Below are positions 47,256 to 55,440 of a DNA stretch of 64,000 nt, piece by piece (positions within the stretch are counted from its first letter, which is position 1; every line of letters starts with the position of its first letter). A program made the position numbers and the translations under genes. This DNA comes from Gemmatimonadales bacterium (lineage in GTDB: Bacteria; Gemmatimonadota; Gemmatimonadetes; Gemmatimonadales; GWC2-71-9), in assembly GCA_036393515.1 (NCBI GenBank), contig DASWGV010000085.1, positions 14,782 to 78,781 on the forward strand, read 5' to 3'. The notes under the pieces were generated by a model. That model was not told the DNA's origin. It saw nothing but the letters and a program-made list of their open reading frames with translations, and did not search any database.

Positions 47256-48674
47256 TCAGCCGTCTCGCTTCCCCGGCACGCCCGGTTCGGTCATGGCCCG
47301 TAGGTCAAGCACGGCCTCCAACTCGGCCCCCGAGAGGATGCCCTTCTCTTCCACCAAGCGGCGGACGGTCACGCCCTCGGCCACGGCCTGTTTGGCCAGC
47401 CGGGCCGCTTCCGCGTAGCCGATCTTGGGAGCCAGGGCCGTCACCAGAGCCGGGCTCTGCTCGAGCCAGTAGGCGCATTGGGCGGCGTTGGCCTGGATGC
47501 CCTCCACGCACCGTTCGGCCAGCACGGTGGTGGCGTTGCGGAGGATCTCCATGGAGAACAGCAGGTTGTGCGCGATGAGCGGCATCATCACGTTCAGTTC
47601 GAGCTGCCCGGCCTCAGCCCCGGCGGCCACGGCCAGATCGTTCCCCAGGACCTGGTAGCACACCATGTTGACCATTTCCGCGACACTCGGGTTGACCTTC
47701 CCGGGCATGATGCTGGAGCCGGGCTGCACGGCGGGCAGATGGATTTCGTTGAGACCGGTTCGCGGACCGGACGCCAGCAGCCGGAGGTCGCTCGCGATCT
47801 TGTTGAGGTCCACGGCGTAGGTCCGGAGCGCGCCGCTGAAGGCGGCGGCATCCCCCATGGACTGCATGAGCTGGACGCAGTCATCCCCGACTCTCAATTC
47901 CAGTCCGGTCATGCCTCGGAGCTGCTCCACCATCAGTGCCGCGTAGGCGGGCTCGGCATTGAGTCCGGTACCAACCGCGGTACCGCCAATGCCCAGATCA
48001 CGCAACCCGTCCGCCGCGCTCCACAGCCGGCGCCGCGCCCGCTGCACCGTGTTTCCATAAGCGGCGAATTCTTGTCCCAGCCGGATGGGCGTGGCGTCCT
48101 GAAGGTGAGTCCGGCCGGACTTCACGATCCCGTCGAACGCTTTCCCTTTTGCGGCAAACGCGTCCGCCAGGCGGCCCATGGCGGCGTCCAGGCCCGGCAC
48201 CGACGTCAACACCGCCAACCGGATCGCCGTTGGAATTGTGTCATTGGTGCTCTGCGCCATGTTGACGTGGTCGTTGGGGTGCACGGGCTGGTAGGCTCCG
48301 CGCTTCCCGCCCAACAGCTCGTTAGCACGATTCGCGAGCACTTCGTTGGCATTCATGTTGTGGCTGGTGCCCGCACCCGCCTGGTAAGGGTCCACCACGA
48401 ACTGATCGCGGTGCCGCCCCGCCAGGATCTCATCCGCGGCCGAGACGATAGCGTCCGCCAACCGGGTTTCCAGCCGGCCGGTGCGCCGGTGGGTGAGGGC
48501 GGCGGCCTTCTTGATCCAGACGATCGCATGAACGAACGCCGGCAAGGGCCGCAGGCCAGAGATCGGGAAGTTCTGCCGCGCCCGTTCGGTCTGGATACCC
48601 CATAGTGCGCCTCCGGGAACCGGCAGCTCACCCAAAGGATCGCGTTCGATGCGGGAGTCAGGAGAGGAAGTCAT
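47256..48674 (-). CDS. aspA: aspartate ammonia-lyase (class II fumarase/aspartase superfamily)
   Basis: GSSIMPGKVNP signature. GAGTSHNMNANEVLAN and QSTNDTIPTA resemble aspartase (GAGTS/QSTND) more than FumC (GSGTQ/QSSND). Confidence 0.75.
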   Translation of the reverse strand: MTSSPDSRIERDPLGELPVPGGALWGIQTERARQNFPISGLRPLPAFVHAIVWIKKAAALTHRRTGRLETRLADAIVSAADEILAGRHRDQFVVDPYQAGAGTSHNMNANEVLANRANELLGGKRGAYQPVHPNDHVNMAQSTNDTIPTAIRLAVLTSVPGLDAAMGRLADAFAAKGKAFDGIVKSGRTHLQDATPIRLGQEFAAYGNTVQRARRRLWSAADGLRDLGIGGTAVGTGLNAEPAYAALMVEQLRGMTGLELRVGDDCVQLMQSMGDAAAFSGALRTYAVDLNKIASDLRLLASGPRTGLNEIHLPAVQPGSSIMPGKVNPSVAEMVNMVCYQVLGNDLAVAAGAEAGQLELNVMMPLIAHNLLFSMEILRNATTVLAERCVEGIQANAAQCAYWLEQSPALVTALAPKIGYAEAARLAKQAVAEGVTVRRLVEEKGILSGAELEAVLDLRAMTEPGVPGKRDG

Positions 48675-48729
48675 GGGTTGTATTCTACATCAGCCGAGAA
48701 CCAGACGAACAGAGGCGCGGTCCGCCTCT

Positions 48730-48909
48730 CTAATCAGAGCAGTCCCCCAACGGATAGACAAATCCGCAGTTCGGGCATGGGTTCTTGCACCCGAACGGTG
48801 CGGGGGCCACGGGAAAGCCACAACGGAGGCATGTCGCCTGATCACTGGGGGGACCCGTCGCGTCGCCGGGCCTCCGGTCGTGCGGGGCGGTGGGTGACGC
48901 ATCAGGCAA
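48730..48909 (-). CDS. possible small Cys4 zinc-ribbon protein (59 aa, TTG start); uncertain
   Basis: Frame of ORF 48730..49206 after the MBL stop: TTG 48909 ... DQATCLRCGFPVAPAPFGCKNPCPNCGFVYPLGDCSD*. CxxC-N16-CxxC. GC3 is weaker than in neighbours. It overlaps a DNA palindrome (48769-48796) and is followed by a hairpin at 48711-48729. Confidence 0.25.
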   Translation of the reverse strand: MPDASPTAPHDRRPGDATGPPSDQATCLRCGFPVAPAPFGCKNPCPNCGFVYPLGDCSD

Positions 48910-49549
48910 GGCGCGGGGCGCCCGTAAGAAAGGGATTGGACGCGCGTTCGCGCCCCACGGTGGTCTCCGGACCGTGGCCGGGATAGAGGACCGTGTCATC
49001 GGGGAGGGTGAGGAGGCGCGTCCGAATGCTGTGGAGGAGCGTGTCGGTGTCGCCGCCCGGCAGGTCCGTCCGGCCAATGGACCCGGCAAACACCGCGTCG
49101 CCCACCAGCGCAACCCCCGGCCCGACGAACGCCACGTGACCGGGACTATGACCTGGTACGTGTCGCACCTCGAAGGAGACCGTTCCGCAGGACACGACAT
49201 CCCCATCCGCCAACTCGGCGTCGGGCGGCGGCGGTGCCTCGGCCTTCAAGCCGAATAGCGCGGCCTGATCCGCCGCGCGGTCATAGAGCGGCCGGTCCGC
49301 CGGATGCAAGTGCACCGGGGCGCCGGTGATCTGCGCCACCCGCCGCACGCCCAGCACATGGTCAACGTGCGCGTGGGTGAGCCAGATGCCTCGGACCATG
49401 AGTCCTTCCGTGTTGACGCGCCGGAGAAACAGCTCGGCGTCTTCCCCTGGGTCCACCACCACCGCACTACGCGTCCGGGGATCGGACACGATGTAGCAGT
49501 TCTCCGCGAACGTGCCGTTCGTGAGGCAGATGACCTCAGGACGCTCCAA
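48902..49549 (-). CDS. MBL-fold metallo-hydrolase (glyoxalase II-like)
   Basis: WLTHAHVDHVLG (HxHxDH), HVPGHSPGH, GRTDLPGGD motifs. The likely TTG start at 49549 overlaps the trxB stop. The rest of ORF 48902..49660 is an extension. Confidence 0.85.
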   Translation of the reverse strand: MERPEVICLTNGTFAENCYIVSDPRTRSAVVVDPGEDAELFLRRVNTEGLMVRGIWLTHAHVDHVLGVRRVAQITGAPVHLHPADRPLYDRAADQAALFGLKAEAPPPPDAELADGDVVSCGTVSFEVRHVPGHSPGHVAFVGPGVALVGDAVFAGSIGRTDLPGGDTDTLLHSIRTRLLTLPDDTVLYPGHGPETTVGRERASNPFLTGAPRLA

Positions 49550-50507
49550 CGCCCGCGCGCTCCCGCCGTTCCGCCAGGTACTTCTCGACCGCGATGGCGG
49601 CCGTGGTCGCGTCGCCCACCGCGGTGGTAATCTGCCGGGTAAGCTGGACCCGGAGGTCACCGGCCGCGAACAATCCCGGCACTGAGGTCATCATGTGCGC
49701 ATCCGTGATCAGGTACCCCTGGGCGTCATGCGCCACGTGCTCCTTGATAATCCCGGTATTGGGTGTGAACCCCACGAAAATGAACACGCCGCCGACGTCC
49801 AGCGTGGAGGCGGCGTCGGTCACCGTGTCCCGCAGCCGGATTCCCTTGGTGCCCCGTTCGTCGCCCTCGATCTCCTCAACGACTTTGTTCCAGACCACCT
49901 CAATCTTGGGATTGTCAAGCGCGCGCTGCTGGATGATCGCCGACGCCCGGAGCCGATCTCGCCGGTGCACGATATACACTTTGGACGCGTAACGGGTGAG
50001 GTAGTCCGCCTCCTCCACCGCCGCGTCACCGCCGCCCACCACCGCCAATACCTCGCCCTTGAAGAACGCGCCGTCGCACACCGCGCAATACGACACACCA
50101 CGCCCCGCGTATTCTTTCTCTCCGGGGACGCCGAGTTTGTTGGGCGTCCCGCCCGCCGTCACGATCACGGCGGGCGCGCGGTAGGTGTGTCCCAGATCCG
50201 TGGTCACCACGAAACCGCCTCCCGGCTCACGCCGGATGGCGTCCACCGTGTCCATGACGAACTCGGCACCGAATTTCCGGGCGTGACTCGCCATCTTCTC
50301 CGCCAGCTCGCGACCCAGGATGCTCTCGAACCCGGGGTAGTCCTCGATCAGTTCGGTGTTCAGCAACTCGCCGCCGGGTACGCCGCGCTCGATGAGCAGC
50401 GCCCGTAGCATGCCGCGCCCGGCGTACATCGCCGCACACATGCCCGCCGGTCCTCCGCCCACGATGATGACGTCGTGGTCGTCGCTGTGGTTGTCGTTGT
50501 CGTTCAT
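49536..50507 (-). CDS. trxB: thioredoxin-disulfide reductase
   Basis: ATG 50507. VIIVGGGPAGMCAAMYAGR FAD motif. Redox-active CAVCDG. GGGDAAVEEA NADPH motif. Confidence 0.93.
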   Translation of the reverse strand: MNDNDNHSDDHDVIIVGGGPAGMCAAMYAGRGMLRALLIERGVPGGELLNTELIEDYPGFESILGRELAEKMASHARKFGAEFVMDTVDAIRREPGGGFVVTTDLGHTYRAPAVIVTAGGTPNKLGVPGEKEYAGRGVSYCAVCDGAFFKGEVLAVVGGGDAAVEEADYLTRYASKVYIVHRRDRLRASAIIQQRALDNPKIEVVWNKVVEEIEGDERGTKGIRLRDTVTDAASTLDVGGVFIFVGFTPNTGIIKEHVAHDAQGYLITDAHMMTSVPGLFAAGDLRVQLTRQITTAVGDATTAAIAVEKYLAERRERAGVGAS

Positions 50508-50584
50508 CCTGACCGCCCGCATTGAATGCACCGCGTACTCTGGAACGCCGGGTTCGGCGGCGCGGTTCCCCATCATCCAATCCT

Positions 50585-51340
50585 TTACGGCGCCGCGCGC
50601 CCTCGCACCATCTGGCCCCCGTCCACCACCATGGTCGTACCCGTCACGAACTCCGCCGCCAGGAGATACCGCAACGCGCCGATGACATCGTCGGGCCGGC
50701 CCAGACGCTTCAGGAGAATAGTGCCCTCGGTGCGCGTCGCTTCCAAGCCATCGGTCCCGTCCGCCAGGAGAACCGGCCCCGGCGCGATCCCGTTGACGGT
50801 GACCTCAGGCGCCAGAACGCGCGCCAGACCGCGGGTCAGCATCTCCACGCCGGCCTTGGAGATCGAATGCGGGAGGAAGCCGGGCCAGACGTCGAAGGCC
50901 GCCACGTCGGAGAGGTTCACGATCCGTCCCCGGGCGGTCCGCAGGAGCGGCGCGGCCGCCTGCGCCACCAGAAAATAGGCTCGCAGGTTCAGGTTGAGGA
51001 CGTCGTCCCACATGGCCGGCGTGACCGACCCAAACGGTTGGCGCAGCATCACGGCGGCCGAGTTGACCAGGATATCCAGCCGGCCGAGCTGGTGGGCGAC
51101 GCTGAGCGGCAGCGCCGCGGCCTGCTCCCCATTCCGCAGGTCGGCCTGGAAGGCGTGCGCTCGCGGCCTGCCGCGCGCTTCAAGCACCCGCACGACGTCC
51201 GCGGCCGCGTCCGGCGAGGCGTGATGGTGGATCGCGACGGTGGCGCCATCGTCCGCCAGCGCCTCAGCGATGGCGCGCCCCAGGCGGCGGGCCCCGCCGG
51301 TGACCAGGGCGACTTTGCCACTGAGATCGGTCCGCGTCAC
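50585..51340 (-). CDS. short-chain dehydrogenase/reductase (SDR) family oxidoreductase
   Basis: GKVALVTGGARRLGRAIA cofactor motif and a catalytic S...YxxxK-type region (HSISKAGVEMLTR). Confidence 0.8.
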   Translation of the reverse strand: MTRTDLSGKVALVTGGARRLGRAIAEALADDGATVAIHHHASPDAAADVVRVLEARGRPRAHAFQADLRNGEQAAALPLSVAHQLGRLDILVNSAAVMLRQPFGSVTPAMWDDVLNLNLRAYFLVAQAAAPLLRTARGRIVNLSDVAAFDVWPGFLPHSISKAGVEMLTRGLARVLAPEVTVNGIAPGPVLLADGTDGLEATRTEGTILLKRLGRPDDVIGALRYLLAAEFVTGTTMVVDGGQMVRGRAAP

Positions 51341-52179
51341 GCCGCGACCCGCCCGCTGCGTCTCACGTGCAGCTCCTCCAGCCCATCCAGCCAGGCCCCC
51401 GGGACGTTCAGGCTTCCGAGCGCCCCGCGCTCGCTGCGCCGCCCGGCGTCCCCGTGCCAGTCGGACCCACCGCTGAAGAGCAGGCCGCAGGACGCGGCCG
51501 CCCGCGCGATCCGCTGCTCGGTCCGATCGGCATGCGACGGATGACGCACCTCCACGGCATCAAGGCCTGCCGCCGCCAAGTCGCTAATGGTCGCCAGGGT
51601 GCCCCGCTCGTTCAGGTGCGCCGCCGACGTTACGCCACCCACGGACCGCACCAGCGCGAGCACCTCGGTCACGCTGGGAAGCACTTTGGGTACAAAAGCC
51701 GGTCGCCCCGCGGCCAGGTAGCGCTCGAACGCCGCATTGATGTCGGCCACAGCCCGGCGGGCCACCAGGGCGCGCGCGACATGCGGCCGGCCCATGGCCG
51801 CGTTGCCCGCTTGCGCCTCCACGTCTTCGTAGTCCAGCGACACGCCCAGGCGGTTGAGCCGCCCCACGATTTCGACGCCCCGCGCCCGGCGACGGGCTCG
51901 TTGATCAAGCAGGAAAGCCTCGAGGGTGGCGTCATGCAGCGGGAGGAAGTACGCCAAGAGGTGCATCTCTCCCCAGGACGCCGCGACGGAAAACTCACAA
52001 CCCGCCACCACCCGCACGGGCCCTGGGTCCTCAGCCACGGCGGCGGCGCCCGCCAGGGTATCATGATCGGTCAGCGCAATGGCGGCGAGGCCAGCTGCGT
52101 GGGCTCGCCGCACCGTCTCCGCCGGACTCTCGTGGCCGTCAGAGGCGGTCGAGTGAACGTGGAGATCGACGGCCGTCAC
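51337..52179 (-). CDS. PHP-domain metal-dependent phosphoesterase (TrpH/YciV-like)
   Basis: VDLHVHSTASDGH...IALTDHDTLAG PHP motifs. Confidence 0.8.
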   Translation of the reverse strand: MTAVDLHVHSTASDGHESPAETVRRAHAAGLAAIALTDHDTLAGAAAVAEDPGPVRVVAGCEFSVAASWGEMHLLAYFLPLHDATLEAFLLDQRARRRARGVEIVGRLNRLGVSLDYEDVEAQAGNAAMGRPHVARALVARRAVADINAAFERYLAAGRPAFVPKVLPSVTEVLALVRSVGGVTSAAHLNERGTLATISDLAAAGLDAVEVRHPSHADRTEQRIARAAASCGLLFSGGSDWHGDAGRRSERGALGSLNVPGAWLDGLEELHVRRSGRVAA

Positions 52180-52182
52180 CGC

Positions 52183-52458
52183 TCATCCCGCCCGCCGCGC
52201 GTAGCGCGTCTCCGGACTGGTCCAGGCCGGCTGCGACTGGGCCAACAACTCGCGCAGGCGGGCCTCCGAGAGCTCGGCCAGCGCCAGGTCCCAGCGCCGC
52301 GTTCCCACGGGCGAGAAGCGCGTGACCCGCCGCACCCGGTCCGGCCCCGTGCCCTTCTCGAACACCAGGCCGAACTCATCGCGGTCATACGCGGTGACCT
52401 TACCCGACGGATACACCTCCCATCGCTCGCCGTGCACGTCCAGGGAGCGGCGCGCCAC
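52183..52458 (-). CDS. hypothetical small protein (91 aa)
   Basis: GC3-rich ORF wedged between the E2 stop (1-nt gap) and the PHP start (3-nt gap). No recognisable motif. Confidence 0.5.
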   Translation of the reverse strand: MARRSLDVHGERWEVYPSGKVTAYDRDEFGLVFEKGTGPDRVRRVTRFSPVGTRRWDLALAELSEARLRELLAQSQPAWTSPETRYARRAG

Positions 52459-52459
52459 C

Positions 52460-53833
52460 TCACACCCCCTCTTCCGGGTAGGTTTCCAGCCCGCGCTTCA
52501 CGTCGGCCATGAACCGGTCGGCGTCAGCGCCGTCAACAATGCGGTGATCGTACGACAGCGACAGCATCCCCAGCGTGCGGATGGCGATGACGTCTTGGCC
52601 GTCCTCCAGCGTGATCACCTTGGGCCGCTTCTCAATAGCGCCGACGCCCAGAATGGCCACCTGCGGCTGGTTGATGATGGGCGCCCCGATGTAAGACCCG
52701 AAGCCGCCGGGATTGGTGATGGTGAACGTGCCCTTCTGGACCTCTTCGGGGTTGAGCCGTTTGGTGCGGGCGCGTTCGGCCAGGTCGGCCATTTGGCGGG
52801 CAATGCCGAGCAGGGAAAGCTCGTCCACGTTGCGCAGCACCGGCACGATCAGACCCCAGTCCAGCGCCACGGCTATCCCGATGTTGATTTGCCCCCGATA
52901 GATGATGGTTTCTCCGCTCACGGACGAATTGAGCACCGGGTGCCGCCGCAGATTGTCGGCGATGACCCGGGTGATCACCGCCAGGTAGGTGAGCTTGGCG
53001 CCGCGCTCTTGGTACTCCTTCTTCCGTCGCTCCCGGAGCCGGGCGATCTGCGAGAAATCCACCTCGTAGTAGCTGGTGACGTGCGCGGACACGCGGCGGG
53101 ACAGCACCATGTGCTCCGCTGTGAGCTTCCGGATACGGCTCATGGGCTCCACCCGGTCGCCGGGCCAGGCTTCCGACGTGGGATGGGTGATCACGCCGGA
53201 GACGGCCGGAGGAGCGCCAGGGGCGGTGGCGGGACCCCCGCGGTCAATGAAGTCCAGGATGTCTTTCTTGGTCACACGGCCGGCATACCCGCTGCCCGGG
53301 AGCTGCGTGATGTCCACCTGGTGCTCCGCGGCGATCTTGCGAACCAGCGGGGTGGAGCGGCGGCGCAGCCGGTCCTCAGCCGTTTCGGGCCCCGGGGGTG
53401 CCGCCGGCGCGGCGGATGCAGCAGGAGCGGCAGGCGCCGGTCGGGAGGCGGGCGACGGCGCGGCGGCCGCGCGAGACGCGGTGGTGCCTGAGGCAACGGG
53501 GGGGGCAGGGGCCGCCGGAGCCCGGGGGGGCGTTGGCGACGTGGCCGGCGCGGGCGGCGCCTTGGGGGCGGGTTGGGTCCCCGTGCTCGCTCCGTCGGTG
53601 TCAATCACCGCCACCACCGTTTGGATCGCGACGGTCTTTCCCTCGCCGACCTTGATTTCCTTCAGGACACCGCTGGCCGGCGACGGGATCTCCGCATCCA
53701 CCTTGTCGGTGGAGATCTCCAGGATGGGCTCATCGCGCTTGACCGGGTCGCCGACCTTTTTCAGCCAGCGCGACACGGTGCCTTCGGCGATGGATTCCCC
53801 CATTTGCGGCATTATCACATCTACATGCGCCAT
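52460..53833 (-). CDS. 2-oxoacid dehydrogenase complex E2 (dihydrolipoamide acyltransferase)
   Basis: Lipoyl domain (MPQMGESIAEGTVSRWLKKVGD...ISTDKVDAEIPSP), Ala/Pro linkers, E1/E3-binding domain (STPLVRKIAAEHQVD), catalytic DHRIVDGA. Confidence 0.93.
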   Translation of the reverse strand: MAHVDVIMPQMGESIAEGTVSRWLKKVGDPVKRDEPILEISTDKVDAEIPSPASGVLKEIKVGEGKTVAIQTVVAVIDTDGASTGTQPAPKAPPAPATSPTPPRAPAAPAPPVASGTTASRAAAAPSPASRPAPAAPAASAAPAAPPGPETAEDRLRRRSTPLVRKIAAEHQVDITQLPGSGYAGRVTKKDILDFIDRGGPATAPGAPPAVSGVITHPTSEAWPGDRVEPMSRIRKLTAEHMVLSRRVSAHVTSYYEVDFSQIARLRERRKKEYQERGAKLTYLAVITRVIADNLRRHPVLNSSVSGETIIYRGQINIGIAVALDWGLIVPVLRNVDELSLLGIARQMADLAERARTKRLNPEEVQKGTFTITNPGGFGSYIGAPIINQPQVAILGVGAIEKRPKVITLEDGQDVIAIRTLGMLSLSYDHRIVDGADADRFMADVKRGLETYPEEGV

Positions 53834-53936
53834 GTCCCGCTCTCCCGCACAGACCTGGCCGCTGCACGCGGCATTTGACCGATGTTCGCGTGGTTTTGCC
53901 TACACATCGCCGGCCGACCGGCCCCACACTGGGGTC

Positions 53937-54437
53937 ATGGTCGTCCAGCCGCCGTCCCCGAAATGGTGCCACCTCGTGTGGACCACGTTTCACCGGCGAA
54001 GGTGGTTTAAGATAGCCGACGCCGCGACCTTCTGCGAGCGAGCGGTGCGCGCCGCGTGTGTGGCGCGCGGGTGGGCGCCAGACCTCGTGGTCGCGCTGCC
54101 GGATCGGGTACACGCCCTGGTGCATGTGCCGGCGGCGGTGCACCGCCGGGCCGTGGGACCACCGCTCCAGCGTCAGGTGGCCGAAGCGCTGGCGGCGGCC
54201 CGGCTGGTGCCGCAGGGCACTCGCATTTGGCATGACGGCGGATGGTGCGCGGTCCTGGCTAGTCCCGGGGCCCTGATGGTGGTGCGTCGTCAGTTGGCAA
54301 CCAGAGCGGCGCGCCTGACGGAAGCGATCGCCAACGGCGAGGGGCGGGCCGCCCGCGAGACCACCGGTCCGCGCTCCAGGGAACGCGCCCGTGGAATCCC
54401 CGCCCGCCGTCAAACCCGGCTGGAGTGGCTGTCGTGA
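53937..54437 (+). CDS. IS200/IS605 TnpA-like (Y1 HUH transposase fold) protein with degenerate active site
   Basis: In-frame ATG 53937 inside track ORF 53076..54437. By eye it aligns to the IS200 TnpA pattern: CHLVWTTFHRRRWF (YHIVWxxKYRR), DRVHALVHV (DHIHIL; first His replaced by Arg), IWHDGGWCAVLASPGALMVVRRQLATR (LWxxsyFxxtvG..vvkqYIenQ; Tyr replaced by Leu). The ORF has no Tyr at all. GC3 is high. Confidence 0.5.
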   Translation: MVVQPPSPKWCHLVWTTFHRRRWFKIADAATFCERAVRAACVARGWAPDLVVALPDRVHALVHVPAAVHRRAVGPPLQRQVAEALAAARLVPQGTRIWHDGGWCAVLASPGALMVVRRQLATRAARLTEAIANGEGRAARETTGPRSRERARGIPARRQTRLEWLS

Positions 54438-54459
54438 GACGGACGGAAGCGGCGTTGCG

Positions 54460-55440
54460 CTAGTACGCCAACAGCCGCCGAGCCGCCGTCACAATGTCGG
54501 CCGTCTGCGGCAGGACGTAGTCCTCGAGCGTCGGGGCGTAGGGCAGCGGGGTGTCATGCGCCGTGACGCGGAGGATGGGCCCGTCGAGCCATTCAAAAGC
54601 CTGCTCGTTGATCCGCGCCGTGATCTCCCCGGCCAGTCCGCCCGTTCGGGTGTCCTCGTGCACGATCAGGACCTTGTTGGTCTTGCGCACGCTCCGCATG
54701 ATGGCCGCGTCGTCCATGGGGATCAGGGAGCGGAGATCCAAAACCTCCAGCGAGACGCCGTCGGACCGCTCCAGCTCGTCGGCCGCTTCCAAGGATTTCC
54801 AGACCATCGCCGACCAGGTCACGACCGTGAGGTCCCTGCCCGCCCTCGCCAGCCGCGCTTCCCCGATGGGCGTCAGAACCTCCTCGCCCTCCGGAAGGTC
54901 TTCCTTGATGCGCCGATACAGGTATTTGTGCTCGAAATAAATGACGGGATCGTCGTCCCGGATGGCCGCCTTGATCAGTCCCTTGGCGTCCCGCGCCGTA
55001 GCCGGGCACACCAGCTTGAGCCCGGGCGTGTGAAAAAAGGCGGCTTCCGGCATCTGGGAGTGGAACGGCCCGCCGCGGACAAAGCCACCCGACGGTCCAC
55101 GGACCACCATGGGCGTGGCCAGGCCGGCGCGGTACCGCGCGGTGGCCACGTAGTTGGTCAGGATGTCGTACGCGCAGGAGATGAAGTCCATGAACTGCAT
55201 CTCGGCTATGGGCCGCAGGCCCATGTGCGCGGCGCCGGCCGCAGCGCCTACGATGGCCGCCTCGGAAATCGGCGTGTCAATCACCCGCGCCGGCCCAAAG
55301 CGCTGGTGAAACCCGTCCGTCACCTTGAACGCGCCCCCGTACACGCCGATGTCTTCGCCCAGCAGGAAGACCCGCTCGTCACGTTCCATCTCTTCCCACA
55401 TGCCCTGGCGCAGGGCTTCCAGGTAGGTCACCTCGGCCAT
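54460..55440 (-). CDS. 2-oxoacid dehydrogenase E1 component beta subunit
   Basis: The ATG at 55440 gives MAEVTYLEALRQGMWEEMERDERVFLLGEDIG..., a transketolase-like pyrimidine-binding and C-terminal domain. Confidence 0.93.
   Translation of the reverse strand: MAEVTYLEALRQGMWEEMERDERVFLLGEDIGVYGGAFKVTDGFHQRFGPARVIDTPISEAAIVGAAAGAAHMGLRPIAEMQFMDFISCAYDILTNYVATARYRAGLATPMVVRGPSGGFVRGGPFHSQMPEAAFFHTPGLKLVCPATARDAKGLIKAAIRDDDPVIYFEHKYLYRRIKEDLPEGEEVLTPIGEARLARAGRDLTVVTWSAMVWKSLEAADELERSDGVSLEVLDLRSLIPMDDAAIMRSVRKTNKVLIVHEDTRTGGLAGEITARINEQAFEWLDGPILRVTAHDTPLPYAPTLEDYVLPQTADIVTAARRLLAY

Noticed and set aside
53350-53600. Repetitive Ala/Pro-rich DNA in E2; similar tracts occur in tolA (8950-9250) and at the LptD-like N-terminus (4940-4998)
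   Set aside because: These are the flexible inter-domain linkers expected for these protein families, not tandem DNA repeats or CRISPR-like arrays.
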